From Centroscyllium fabricii (Eukaryota): a DNA stretch of 64,000 nt. The translations under genes were made by a program, and so were the position numbers. The stretch spans positions 2,480,001-2,544,000 of the forward strand of contig JBNRSN020000089.1 of assembly GCA_051313645.2 (NCBI GenBank). Reading direction: 5' to 3'. Of the stretch, positions 37,470 to 54,500 are shown in pieces (the stretch's first letter is position 1; the number at the start of each line of letters is the position of its first letter). Below the pieces are notes generated by a model, which did not search any database, was not told the origin of the DNA, and was given only the letters and a program-made list of their open reading frames with translations.

Positions 37470-39989
37470 ATGTCCATCTGTGTACAATACATCTGACAAT
37501 ATCCATCTGTGTACAATATATTAGACAATATCCATCTGTGTACAGTATATCAGACAATGTCCATCTGTGTACAATACATCAGACAATATCCATCTGTGTA
37601 CAATACATCAGACAATGTCCATCTGAAAACAATTCATCAGACAATATCCATCTATGTACAATACATCAGACAATGTCCATTTTTGCACAGTACATCAGAC
37701 AATGTCCATCTGTTTACAGTACATCAGACAATGTCCTTCTTTGTACAATACATCAGACAATGTCCATCTGTGAACAATGCACCAGACAATATCCATCTGT
37801 GAGCAATACATCAGACAATATCCATCTGTGTACAATACATCAGACAATGTCCATCTGTACAATACATCAGACAATGTCCATCTTTGTGCAATATATCAGA
37901 CATTATCCATCTGTGAACAATACATCAGACAATGTCCACCTGTGAACAATACATCAGACAATATCTATCTATGAACAATACATCAGACAATGTCCATCTG
38001 TGTACAATATATCAGACAATATCCATCTCTGTACAATACATCAGACAATAACCTTCTGTGTACAGTACATCCGACAATGTCCATCTGTGTACAATACATC
38101 AGACAATATCCATCTGTGTACAATACATCAGACAATGTCCATCTGTGAACAATACATCAGACAATGTCCATCTGTGTACAATACATCAGACAATGTCCAT
38201 CTGTGTACAATACATCAGACAATGTCCATCTGTGTACAATATGTCAGACAATGTCCATCTGTGCAGAATACTTCATACAATATCCATCTCTGAACAATAC
38301 ATCAGACAATGTCCATCTGTGTACAATACATCAGACAATATCCATCTGTGTACAATACATCAGACAATGTCCATCTGTGTACAATACGTCAGACAATGTC
38401 CATCTGTGAACAATACATCAGACAATATCCTTCTGTGAACAATAAATCAGACAATATCCATCTGTGTATAATATATCAGACAATGGCCATCTGTACAATA
38501 CATCAGACAATGTCCATCTGTGTACAATACATCAGACATTATCCATCTGTGAACAATACATCAGACAATATCCATCTATGAACAATACATCAGACTACAT
38601 CCATCTGTGTACAGTACTTCAGACAATGTCCATCTGTGTACAATACATCAGACAACATCCATCTGTATACAGTACTTCAGACAATGTACATCTGTGTACA
38701 ATACATCAGACAATATCCATCTGTGTACAATATATCAGACAATGTCCATCTGTGAACAATACATCAGACAATGTCCATCTGTGTAAAATACATGAGACAA
38801 TGTCCATCTGTGCACATTACATCAGACAATGTCCATCTGTGTATAGTACGTCAGACAATGTCCTTTTTTAACAGTACATCAGACTATGTCCATCTGTGTA
38901 CAATACATCAGAAAATGTCCACCTGTGAACAATACATAAGAAAATATCCATCTGTGTACAGTACATCAGATTATGTCCATCTGTGTACAATACATCAGAA
39001 AATGTCCATCTGTGAACAATACATAAGACATTATCCATCTGTGTACAATACAACAGACATTATCCAACTGTGTACAATACATCAGAAAATGTCCATCTGT
39101 GAACAATACATAAGACATTATCCATCAGTGTACAATACATCAGACATTATCTACCTGTGAACAATACATCAGACAATGTCCATCTGAGTACAATACATCA
39201 GACAAATGTCCATCTGTGTACAATACATCTGACAATATCCATCTGTGTAAAATACATCAGACAATGTCCATCTTTGTCGAAAACATCAGACAATATCCAT
39301 CTGTGAACAATACATCAGAAATTGTGCAACTGTGCACAATACATAAGACATTATCAATATGTGTACAATATATCAGACATTATCCATCAGTGTACAATAC
39401 ATCCGACAACATCCATCTGTGAATAATACATCAGAAAATGTACATCTGTGTACAATACATCAGACATTATCCATCTGTGAACAATACATCAGACAATAAC
39501 CATCTGTGTACAATACGTCAGACAATATCCATCTGTGTACAATACATCAGTAAATGTCCATCTGTGTACAATACATCAGACAATATCCATCTGAGTACAA
39601 TATATCAGACATTATCCATCTGTGAACAATACATCAGACATTATCCATTTGTGTACAATACATCAGACATGGTCCATCTGTGAACAATACATCAGTCATT
39701 ATCCTTCTGTGTACAATCCATCAGACAACATCAATCTGTGTACAATACATCAGAGAATGTCCATCTGTGTACTGTACATCAGACAATATCTATCTGTGAA
39801 CAATATATCAGACAATGTCCATCTGTGTACAATACATCAGAAAATATCCATCTGTGTACATTACATCAGACAATGTCAATCTGTGAACAATACATCAGAC
39901 AATGTCCATCTGTGTACAATACATCAGACAATGTCCATCTGTGTACAATACATCAGACAATATGCATCTGTGTACAATACATCAGACAA

Positions 39990-42900
39990 TATCCATCTGT
40001 GTACAATACATCAGACAATGTCCATCTGTGTACAATACGTCAGACAATGTCCATCTGTGAACAATACATCAGAAAATATCCATCTGTGAACAATACGTCA
40101 GACAATATCCATCTGTGTACAATACATCAGACAATGGCCATCTGTACAATACATCAGACAATGTCCATCTGTGTACAATACATCATACATTATCCATCTG
40201 TTTACAATATATCAGACAATGTCCATCTGTGAACAAAACATCAGACAATATACATCTATGAACAATACATCAGACAGCATCTATCTGTGTACAGTACTTC
40301 AGACAATGTCCATCTGGGTACAATATATCAGACAACATCCAACTGTGTACAGTACTTCAGACAATGTCCATCTGTGTACAATACATCAGACAATATCCAT
40401 CTGTGTACAATATATTAGACAATGTCCATCTGTGAACAATACATCAGACAATGTCCATCTGTGTAAAATACATGAGACAATGTCCATCTGTGTACAGTAC
40501 ATCAGATTATGTCCATCTGTGTACAATACATCAGAAAATGTCCATCTGAGAACAATACATAAGACATTATGCATCTGTGTACAATACATCAGACATTATC
40601 CATCTGTGTACAATACATCAGAAAATGTCCATCTGTGAACAATACATAAGACATTATCGATCAGTGTACAATACATCAGACATTATCTACCTGCGAACAA
40701 TACATCAGACAATGTCCATCTGTGTACAATACTTCAGACAAATGTCCATCTGTGTACAATAAATCAGACAATATCCATCTGAGTAAAATACATCAGACAA
40801 TGTCCATCTTTGTCGAAAACATCAGACAATATCCATCTGTGAACAATACATCAGAAAATGTGCAACTATGCACAATAAATAAGACATTATCAATCTGTGT
40901 ACAATACATCAGATATTATCCATCAGTGTACAATACATCCGACAATATCCATCTGTGAATAATACATCAGAAAATGTCCATCTGTGTACAATACATCAGT
41001 CATTATCCATCTGTGAACAATACATCAGAAAATAACCATCTGTGTACAATACATCAGACAATATCCATCTGTGTACAATACATCAGTAAATGTCCATCTG
41101 TGTACAATACATCAGACAATATCCATCTGTGTACAATACATCAGACATTATCCATCTGTGAGCAATACATCAGACATTATCCATTTGTGTACAATACATC
41201 AGACATGGTCCATCTGTGAACAACACATCAGTCATTATCCATCTGTGTACAATCCATCAGACAACATCCATCTGTGTACAATACATCAGAGAATGTCCAT
41301 CTGTGTACAGTACATCAGACAATATCTATCTTTGAACAATATATCAGACAATGTCCATCTGTGTACAATACATCAGACAATATCCATCTGTGTACATTAC
41401 ATCAGACAATGTCAATCTGTGAACAATACATCAGACAATGTCCATCTGTGTACAATATATCGGACAATGTCCATCTGTGTACAATACATCAGACAATATG
41501 CATCTGTGTACAATATATCGGACAATGCCCATCTGTGTAGAATACATCAGACAATTTCCATCTGTGAACAATACATCAGACAATTTCCATCTGTGTACAA
41601 TACAACCGACAATGTCCATCTGTGCACAATACATCAGACAATGTCCATCTGTGAACAATGCATCAGACAATGTACATCTATGTACAATACCTCAGACATT
41701 GCCCCTCTGTGTACAATATATCAGACATTATCCATCTGTGTACAATACATCAGAAAATGTCCATCTGTGTACAATACAACCGACAATGTCCATCAGTGCA
41801 CAATACATCAGACAATATCCATCTGTGAACAATAAATCAGACAATGTCCATCTGTGTACAATACATCAGAAAATGTCCTTCTGTGAACAATCCATTAGAC
41901 AATATCCATCTTTGTACAGTACATCAGAGAAAGTCCATCTGTGTACAATACATCAGACAATGTCCATCTGTGAACAAAACATCAGACAATAACCATCTCT
42001 GAACAATACATCAGAGGATGTCCATCTGTGTACAATACACCAGACAATATCCATCTGTGTACAATATATCAGACATTATCCATTTTTATACAATACATCA
42101 GACATTATCCATCTGTGTACAATACATCACACAATATCCATCTGTGAACAATACATCAGACAATGTCCACCTGTGTACAATACATCAGACAATGTCCAAC
42201 TGTGTACAAAACTTAAGACTATGCCCATCTAGAGTGCAATACATCAGACCATGTCCATTTGTGTACAATACTTCAGACAATGCCCATCTGTGAACAATAC
42301 ATCAGACAATATCCATCTGTGAACAATACATCAGACAATATCCATCTGTGTACAATACATCAGACATTGTCCATCTGTACAATACATCGAACAATGTCCA
42401 TCTGTGTACAATACATCAGACATTATCCATCTGTGTACAATAGATCAGACAATGTCCATCTGTGAACAATAAATCAGACAATATCCATCTGTAAACAATA
42501 CATCAGACAATGTCCATCTGTGTACAATACATCAGGCAATATCCATCTGTGTACAATATATCAGAAAATATCCATCGGTGTACAGTATATCAGACAATGT
42601 CCATCTGTGTACAATACATCAGACAATATCCATCTGTGTACAATACATCAGACAATGTCCATCTGTGAACAATAAATCAGAAAATATCCATTTGTAAACA
42701 ATACATCAGACAATGTCCATCTGTGTAGAATACATCAGACAATGTCCACCTGTGTACAATACATCCGACAATGTCCATCTGTGTACAATACGTCAGACAA
42801 TGTCCGTCTGTGTAGAATACATGATACAATATCCATCTCTGAACAATACATCAGACAATGTCCATCTGTGTACAATACATCAGACAATATCCATCTGTGT

Positions 42901-45900
42901 ACAATACATCAGACAATGTCCATCTGTGTACAATACGTCAGACAATGTCCATCTGTGAACAATACATCAGACAATATCCATCTGTGAACAATACGTCAGA
43001 CAATATCCATCTGTGTACAATACATCAGACAATGGCCATCTGTACAATACATCAGACAATGTCCATCTGTGTACAATACATCATACATTATCCATCTGTT
43101 TACAATATATCAGACAATGTCCATCTGTGAACAAAACATCAGACAATATACATCTATGAACAATACATCAGACAGCATCTATCTGTGTACAGTACTTCAG
43201 ACAATGTCCATCTGGGTACAATACATCAGACAACATCCAACTGTGTACAGTACTTCAGACAATGTCCATCTGTGTACAATACATCAGACAATATCCATCT
43301 GTGTACAATATATTAGACAATGTCCATCTGTGAACAATACATCAGACAATGTCCATCTGTGTAAAATACATGAGACAATGTCCATCTGTGTACAGTACAT
43401 CAGATTATGTCCATCTGTGTACAATACATCAGAAAATGTCCATCTGAGAACAATACATAAGACATTATCCATCTGTGTACAATACATCAGACATTATCCA
43501 TCTGTGTACAATACATCAGAAAATGTCCATCTGTGAACAATACATAAGACATTATCGATCAGTGTACAATACATCAGACATTATCTACCTGCGAACAATA
43601 CATCAGACAATGTCCATCTGTGTACAATACATCAGACAAATGTCCATCTGTGTACAATAATTCAGACAATATCCATCTGAGTAAAATACATCAGACAATG
43701 TCCATCTTTGTCGAAAACATCAGACAATATCCATCTGTGAACAATACATCAGAAAATGTGCAACTGTGCACAATACATAAGACATTATCAATCTGTGTAC
43801 AATACATCAGATATTATCCATCAGTGTACAATACATCCGACAATATCCATCTGTGAATAATACATCAGAAAATGTCCATCTGTGTACAATACATCAGTCA
43901 TTATCCATCTGTGAACAATACATCAGAAAATAACCACCTGTGTACAATACATCAGACAATATCCATCTGTGTACAATACATCAGTAAATGTCCATCTGTG
44001 TACAATACATCAGACAATATCCATCTGTGTACAATACATCAGACATTATCCATCTGTGAGCAATACATCAGACATTATCCATTTGTGTACAATACATCAG
44101 ACATGGTCCATCTGTGAACAATACATCAGTCATTATCCATCTGTGTACAATCCATCAGACAACATCCATCTGTGTACAATACATCAGAGAATGTCCATCT
44201 GTGTACAGTACATCAGACAATATCTATCTTTGAACAATATATCAGACAATGTCCATCTGTGTACAATACATCAGACAATATCCATCTGTGTACATTACAT
44301 CAGACAATGTCAATCTGTGAACAATACATCAGACAATGTCCATCTGTGTACAATATATCGGACAATGTCCATCTGTGTACAATACATCAGACAATATGCA
44401 TCTGTGTACAATATATCGGACAATGCCCATCTGTGTAGAATACATCAGACAATTTCCATCTGTGAACAATACATCAGACAATTTCCATCTGTGTACAATA
44501 CAACCGACAATGTCCATCTGTGCACAATACATCAGACAATGTCCATCTGTGAACAATGCATCAGACAATGTACATCTATGTACAATACCTCAGACATTGC
44601 CCATCTGTGTACAATATATCAGACATTATCCATCTGTGTACAATACATCAGAAAATGTCCATCTGTGTACAATACAACCGACAATGTCTATCAGTGCACA
44701 ATACATCAGACAATATCCATCTGTGAACAATAAATCAGACAATGTCCATCTGTGTACAATACATCAGAAAATGTCCTTCTGTGAACAATCCATTAGACAA
44801 TATCCATCTTTGTACAGTACATCAGAGAAAGTCCATCTGTGTACAATACATCAGACAATGTCCATCTGTGAACAAAACATCAGACAATAACCATCTCTGA
44901 ACAATACATCAGAGGATGTCCATCTGTGTACAATACACCAGACAATATCCATCTGTGTACAATATATCAGACATTATCCATCTTTATACAATACATCAGA
45001 CATTATCCATCTGTGTACAATACATCACACAATATCCATCTGTGAACAATACATCAGACAATGTCCACCTGTGTACAATACATCAGACAATGTCCAACTG
45101 TGTACAAAATTTAAGACAATGCCCATCTAGAGTGCAATACATCAGACCATGTCCATTTGTGTACAATACTTCAGACAATGCCCATCTGTGAACAATACAT
45201 CAGACAATATCCATCTGTGAACAATACATCAGACAATATCCATCTGTGTACAATACATCAGACATTGTCCATCTGTACAATACATCGAACAATGTCCATC
45301 TGTGTACAATACATCAGCAATTATCCATCTGTGTACAATAGATCAGACAATGTCCATCTGTGAACAATAAATCAGACAATATCCATCTGTAAACAATACA
45401 TCAGACAATGTCCATCTGTGTACAATACATCAGGCAATATCCATCTGTGTACAATATATCAGAAAATATCCATCGGTGTACAGTATATCAGACAATGTCC
45501 ATCTGTGTACAATACATCAGACAATATCCATCTGTGTACAATACATCAGACAATGTCCATCTGTGAACAATAAATCAGAAAATATCCATCTGTAAACAAT
45601 ACATCAGACAATGTCCATCTGTGTAGAATACATCAGACAATGTCCACCTGTGTACAATACATCCGACAATGTCCATCTGTGTACAATACGTCAGACAATG
45701 TCCGTCTGTGTAGAATACATGATACAATATCCATCTCTGAACAATACATCAGACAATGTCCATCTGTGTACAATACATCAGACAATATCCATCTGTGTAC
45801 AATACATCAGACAATGTCCATCTGTGTACAATACGTCAGACAATGTCCATCTGTGAACAATACATCAGACAATATCCATCTGTGAACAATACGTCAGACA

Positions 45901-48508
45901 ATATCCATCTGTGTACAATACATCAGACAATGGCCATCTGTACAATACATCAGACAATGTCCATCTGTGTACAATACATCATACATTATCCATCTGTTTA
46001 CAATATATCAGACAATGTCCATCTGTGAACAAAACATCAGACAATATACATCTATGAACAATACATCAGACAGCATCTATCTGTGTACAGTACTTCAGAC
46101 AATGTCCATCTGGGTACAATACATCAGACAACATCCAACTGTGTACAGTACTTCAGACAATGTCCATCTGTGTACAATACATCAGACAATATCCATCTGT
46201 GTACAATATATTAGACAATGTCCATCTGTGAACAATACATCAGACAATGTCCATCTGTGTAAAATACATGAGACAATGTCCATCTGTGTACAGTACATCA
46301 GATTATGTCCATCTGTGTACAATACATCAGAAAATGTCCATCTGAGAACAATACATAAGACATTATCCATCTGTGTACAATACATCAGACATTATCCATC
46401 TGTGTACAATACATCAGAAAATGTCCATCTGTGAACAATACATAAGACATTATCGATCAGTGTACAATACATCAGACATTATCTACCTGCGAACAATACA
46501 TCAGACAATGTCCATCTGTGTACAATACATCAGACAAATGTCCATCTGTGTACAATAAATCAGACAATATCCATCTGAGTAAAATACATCAGACAATGTC
46601 TATCTTTGTCGAAAACATCAGACAATATCCATCTGTGAACAATACATCAGAAAATGTGCAACTGTGCACAATACATAAGACATTATCAATCTGTGTACAA
46701 TACATCAGATATTATCCATCAGTGTACAATACATCCGACAATATCCATCTGTGAATAATACATCAGAAAATGTCCATCTGTGTACAATACATCAGTCATT
46801 ATCCATCTGTGAACAATACATCAGAAAATAACCATCTGTGTACAATACATCAGACAATATCCATCTGTGTACAATACATCAGTAAATGTCCATCTGTGTA
46901 CAATACATCAGACAATATCCATCTGTGTACAATACATCAGACATTATCCATCTGTGAGCAATACATCAGACATTATCCATTTGTGTACAATACATCAGAC
47001 ATGGTCCATCTGTGAACAATACATCAGTCATTATCCATCTGTGTACAATCCATCAGACAACATCCATCTGTGTACAATACATCAGAGAATGTCCATCTGT
47101 GTACAGTACATCAGACAATATCTATCTTTGAACAATATATCAGACAATGTCCATCTGTGTACAATATATCAGACAATATCCATCTGTGTACATTACATCA
47201 GGCAATGTCAATCTGTGAACAATACATCAGACAATGTCCATCTGTGTACAATATATCGGACAATGTCCATCTGTGTACAATACATCAGACAATATGCATC
47301 TGTGTACAATATATCGGACAATGCCCATCTGTGTAGAATACATCAGACAATTTCCATCTGTGAACAATACATCAGACAATTTCCATCTGTGTACAATACA
47401 ACCGACAATGTCCATCTGTGCACAATACATCAGACAATGTCCATCTGTGAACAATGCATCAGACAATGTACATCTATGTACAATATCTCAGACATTGCCC
47501 ATCTGTGTACAATATATCAGACATTATCCATCTGTGTACAATACATCAGAAAATGTCCATCTGTGTACAATACAACCGACAATGTCCATCAGGGCACAAT
47601 ACATCAGACAATATCCATCTGTGAACAATAAATCAGACAATGTCCATCTGTGTACAATACATCAGAAAATGTCCTTCTGTGAACAATCCATTAGACAATA
47701 TCCATCTTTGTACAGTACATCAGAGAAAGTCCATCTGTGTACAATACATCAGACAATGTCCATCTGTGAACAAAACATCAGACAATAACCATCTCTGAAC
47801 AATACATCAGAGGATGTCCATCTGTGTACAATACACCAGACAATATCCATCTGTGTACAATATATCAGACATTATCCATCTTTATACAATACATCAGACA
47901 TTATCCATCTGTGTACAATACATCACACAATATCCATCTGTGAACAATACATCAGACAATGTCCACCTGTGTACAATACATCAGACAATGTCCAACTGTG
48001 TACAAAACGTAAGACAATGCCCATCTAGAGTGCAATACATCAGACCATGTCCATTTGTGTACAATACTTCAGACAATGCCCATCTGTGAACAATACATCA
48101 GACAATATCCATCTGTGAACAATACATCAGACAATATCCATCTGTGTACAATACATCAGATATTGTCCATCTGTACAATACATCGAACAATGTCCATCTG
48201 TGTACACTACATCAGACATTATCCATCTGTGTACAATAGATCAGACAATGTCCATCTGTGAACAATAAATCAGACAATATCCATCTGTAAACAATACATC
48301 AGACAATGTCCATCTGTGTACAATACATCAGGCAATATCCATCTGTGTACAATATATCAGAAAATATCCATCGGTGTACAGTATATCAGACAATGTCCAT
48401 CTGTGTACAATACATCAGACAATATCCATCTGTGTACAATACATCAGACAATGTCCATCTGTGAACAATAAATCAGAAAATATCCATCTGTAAACAATAC
48501 ATCAGACA
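39990..48508. repeat. About three further copies of the 2,898-bp higher-order repeat
   Basis: Markers 40171/43069/45967 and 41071/43969/46867 differ by 2898. The left boundary is approximate. Confidence 0.92.
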
Positions 48509-51500
48509 ATGTCCATCTGTGTACAATACATCAGACAATATCCATCTGTGTACAATATATTAGACAATATCCATCTGTGTACAGTATATCAGACAATGTC
48601 CATCTGTGTACAATACATCAGACAATATCCATCTGTGTACAATACATCAGACAATGTCCATCTGAAAACAATTCATCAGACAATATCCATCTATGTACAA
48701 TACATCAGACAATGTCCATTTTTGCACAGTACATCAGACAATGTCCATCTGTTTACAGTACATCAGACAATGTCCTTCTTTGTACAATACATCAGACAAT
48801 GTCCATCTGTGAACAATGCACCAGACAATATCCATCTGTGAGCAATACATCAGACAATATCCATCTGTGTACAATACATCAGACAATGTCCATCTGTACA
48901 ATACATCAGACAATGTCCATCTTTGTGCAATATATCAGACATTATCCATCTGTGAACAATACATCAGACAATGTCCACCTGTGAACAATACATCAGACAA
49001 TATCTATCTATGAACAATACATCAGACAATGTCCATCTGTGTACAATACATCAGACAATATCCATCTGTGTACAATACATCAGACAATAACCTTCTGTGT
49101 ACAGTACATCCGACAATGTCCATCTGTGTACAATACATCAGACAATATCCATCTGTGTACAATACATCAGACAATGTCCATCTGTGAACAATACATCAGA
49201 CAATGTCCATCTGTGTACAATACATCAGACAATGTCCATCTGTGTACAATACATCAGACAATGTCCATCTGTGTACAATATGTCAGACAATGTCCATCTG
49301 TGCAGAATACATCATACAATATCCATCTCTGAACAATACATCAGACAATGTCCATCTGTGTACAATACATCAGACAATATCCATCTGTGTACAATACATC
49401 AGACAATGTCCATCTGTGTACAATACGTCAGACAATGTCCATCTGTGAACAATACATCAGACAATATCCTTCTGTGAACAATAAATCAGACAATATCCAT
49501 CTGTGTATAATATATCAGACAATGGCCATTTGTACAATACATCAGACAATGTCCATCTGTGTACAATACATCAGACATTATCCATCTGTGAACAATACAT
49601 CAGACAATATCCATCTATGAACAATACATCAGACTACATCCATCTGTGTACAGTACTTCAGACAATGTCCATCTTTGTACAATACATCAGACAACATCCA
49701 TCTGTATACAGTACTTCAGACAATGTACATCTGTGTACAATACATCAGACAATATCCATCTGTGTACAATATATCAGACAATGTCCATCTGTGAACAATA
49801 CATCAGACAATGTCCATCTGTGTAAAATACATGAGACAATGTCCATCTGTGCACATTACATCAGACAATGTCCATCTGTGTATAGTACGTCAGACAATGT
49901 CCTTTTTTAACAGTACATCAGACTATGTCCATCTGTGTACAATAAATCAGGCACTGTCCATCTGTGTACAATACATCAGAAAATGTCCACCTGTGAACAA
50001 TACATAAGAAAATATCCATCTGTGTACAGTACATCAGATTATGTCCATCTGTGTACAATACATCAGAAAATGTCCATCTGTGAACAATACATAAGACATT
50101 ATCCATCTGTGTACAATACAACAGACATTATCCAACTGTGTACAATACATCAGAAAATGTCCATCTGTGAACAATACATAAGACATTATCCATCAGTGTA
50201 CAATACATCAGACATTATCTACCTGTGAACAATACATCAGACAATGTCCATCTGAGTACAATACATCAGACAAATGTCCATCTGTGTACAATACATCTGA
50301 CAATATCCATCTGTGTAAAATACATCAGACAATGTCCATCTTTGTCGAAAACATCAGACAATATCCATCTGTGAACAATACATCAGAAATTGTGCAACTG
50401 TGCACAATACATAAGACATTATCAATATGTGTACAATATATCAGATATTATCCATCAGTGTACAATACATCCGACAACATCCATCTGTGAATAATACATC
50501 AGAAAATGTACATCTGTGTACAATACATCAGACATTATCCATCTGTGAACAATACATCAGACAATAACCATCTGTGTACAATACGTCAGACAATATCCAT
50601 CTGTGTACAATACATCAGTAAATGTCCATCTGTGTACAATACATCAGACAATATCCATCTGAGTACAATATATCAGACATTATCCATCTGTGAACAATAC
50701 ATCAGACATTATCCATTTGTGTACAATACATCAGACATGGTCCATCTGTGAACAATACATCAGTCATTATCCATCTGTGTACAATCCATCAGACAACATC
50801 AATCTGTGTACAATACATCAGAGAATGTCCATCTGTGTACTGTACATCAGACAATATCTATCTGTGAACAATATATCAGACAATGTCCATCTGTGTACAA
50901 TACATCAGAAAATATCCATCTGTGTACATTACATCAGACAATGTCAATCTGTGAACAATACATCAGACAATGTCCATCTGTGTACAATACATCAGACAAT
51001 GTCCATCTGTGTACAATACATCAGACAATATGCATCTGTGTACAATATATCAGACAATGTCCATCTGTGTACAATACATCAGACAATTTCCATCAGTGAA
51101 CAATACATCAGACAATTTCCATCTGTGTACAATACATCAGACAATGTCCATCTGTGCACAATACATCAGACAATGTCCATCTGTGAACAATGCATCAGAC
51201 AATGTCCATCTATGTACAATACATCAGACATTGCCCATCTGTGTACAATATATCAGACATTATCCATCTGTGTACAATACATCAGAAAATGTCCATCTGT
51301 GTACAATGCATCAGACAATGTCCATCTGTGAACAATACATCAGACAATACCCATCGTGTAGAAAACATCAGACATGGTCAATCTGTGTACAATACATCAG
51401 ACAATATCCATCTGTGTACAATACATCAGACATTGTCCGTCTGTGTACAATACATCAGACAATGTCCATCTTTGAACAATATATCAGACAATGTCCATCT

Positions 51501-54500
51501 GTGTACAATACATCAGACAATGTCCATCTGTGAACAATACATCAGAAAATATCCATCTGTGTACAATACATCAGACATTGGCCATCTGTGAACAATACCT
51601 CAGACAATGTCCATCTGTGAACAATATATCAGACTTTGTCCATCTGTGTACAATACATCAGACATTGTCCATCTGTGTACAATACATGAGTCATTGTCCA
51701 TCTGTGTACAATACATCAGAAAATATCCATCTGTGTACAATACATCAGACAATGTCCATCTGTGAACAATACATCAGACAATGTCCATCTTTGAACAATA
51801 CATCAGACAATGTCAATCTGTGTACAATACATCAGACAATGTCCATCTGTGTACAATACATCAGACATTATGCATCTGTGTACAATACATCAGAAATTGT
51901 CCATCTGTGTACAATACATCAGACAATTTCCATCTGTGAACAATACATCAGACAATTTCCATCTGTGTACAATACATCAGACAATGTCTATCTGTGCACA
52001 ATACATCAGACAATATCCATCTGTGAACAATACATCAGACAATATCCATCTGTGTACAATACATCTGAAAATGTCCATCTGTGAACAATCCATTAGACAA
52101 TATCCATCTTTGTACAGTACATCAGACAAATTCCATCTGTGTACAATACATCAGACAATGTCCATCTGTGAACAAAACATCAGACAATATCCATCTCTGA
52201 ACAATATATCAGAGGATGTCCATCTGTGTACAATACACCAGACAATATCCATCTGTGTACAATATATCAGACATTATCCATCTGTAAACATTACATCAGA
52301 CATTATCCATCTGTGTACAATACATCAGACAATATACATCTGTGAACAATACATCAGACAATGTCCATCTGTGTACAATACATCAGAGAATGTCCAACTG
52401 TGTACAATACTTAAGACAATGCCCATCTAGAGTGCAATACATCAGACCATGTCCATTTGTGTACAATATATCAGACAATGCCAATTTGTGAACAATACAT
52501 CAGACAATATCCATCTGAGAACAATACATCAGACAATATCCATCTTTGTACAATATATCAGACATTGTCCATCTGTACAATACATCGAACAATGCCCATC
52601 TGTGTACAATACATCAGACATTATCCATCTGTGTACAATAGATCAGACAATGTCCATCTGTGAACAATAAATCAGACAATATCCATCTGTAAACAATACA
52701 TCAGACAATGTCCATCTGAGTACAATACATCAGGCAATATCCATCTGTGTACAATATATCAGACAATATCCGTCGGTGTACAGTATATCAGACAATGTCC
52801 ATCTGCGTACAATACATCAGACAATATCCATCTGTGTACAATACATCAGACAATGTCCTTCTGTGAACAATACATCAGACAATGTCCATCTGTGTACAAT
52901 ACGTCAGACAATTTCCATCTGTGTACAGTACATCAGACAATGTCCATCTGTTTACAGTACATCAGACAATGTCCTTCAGTGTACAGCACATCAGAAAATG
53001 TCCATCTGTGTACAATACATCAGACACTGTCCATCTGTGTACAATAGATCAGAAAATGTCCATCTCTGAACAATACATAAGACAATATCCATATGTGTAC
53101 AGTACATCAAACAATGTCCATCTGTGTACAATATATCAGAAAATGTCCATCTGTGCACAATACACAAGACATTATCAATCTGTGTACTATACATCAGACA
53201 TTATACATCTGTGTAGAATACATCAGACAATATCCATCTGTGAATAATACATTAGAAAATGTCCATCTATGTACAATACATCAGACATTATCTATCTGTG
53301 AATAATACATCAGACAATATCCATCTGTGTACAATGCATCAGACAATGTCCATCTGTGAACAATACATCAGACAATATCCATCTGTGTAAATAACATCAG
53401 ACATTGTCCATCTGTGTACAATACATCAGACAATATCCATCTATGTACAATAAATCAGACATTGTCCGTTTGTGTACAATAAAACAGGCAATGTCCATCT
53501 GTGAACAATACATCAGACAATGTCCATCTGTGTACAATACATCAGACAATGTCCATCTGTGAACAATACATAAGACAATATCCAGCTGTGTACAATACAT
53601 CAGACAATGTCCATCTGTGTACAATACATCAGAAAATGCCCATCTGGGAACAATACATAAGACATTATACATCTGTTTACAATACATCAAACATTATCCA
53701 TCTGTGTGCAATACATCAGACAATATCCATCTATGTACAATACATCAGACGTTGTCCGTCTGTGTACAATACATCAGACAATGTCCATCTGTGTACAATA
53801 CATCAGACAATATCCATCTGTGAACAATACATCAGACAATGTCCATCTGTGTACAATACATCAGAAAATGTCCATCTGTGAACAATCCATTAGACAATAT
53901 CCATCTTTGTACAGTACATCAGAAAAAGTCCATCTGTGTACAATACATCAGACAATGTCCTTCTGTGAACAAAACATCAGACAATATCCATCTCTGAACA
54001 ATACATCAGAGGATGTCCAACTGTGTACAATACATCTGATAATTTCCATCTGTGAACAACATATCAGACAATGTCCATCTGTGTACAATACATCAGACAA
54101 TGTCCATCTGTGAACAATACATCAGACAATATCCATCTGTGTACCATATATCAGACAATGTCCATCTGTGAACAATACCTCAGACAATGTCCATCTCTGA
54201 ACAATACATCAGACATTGTCCATCTGTGTACAATACATCAGACATTGTCCATCTGTGTACAGTACATCAGACATTGTCCATCTGTGTACAATACATCGGA
54301 AAATATCCATCTGTGTACAATACATCCGACAATGTCCATCTTAATACAATACATCAGACAATATCCATCTGTGAACAATACATCAGACAATGTCCATCTG
54401 TGTGCAATACATCAGACAATGTCCATCTGTGTACAATACAACAGAAAATATCCATCTGTGTACAAAACATCCGACAATGTCCATCTGTGTACATTACATC

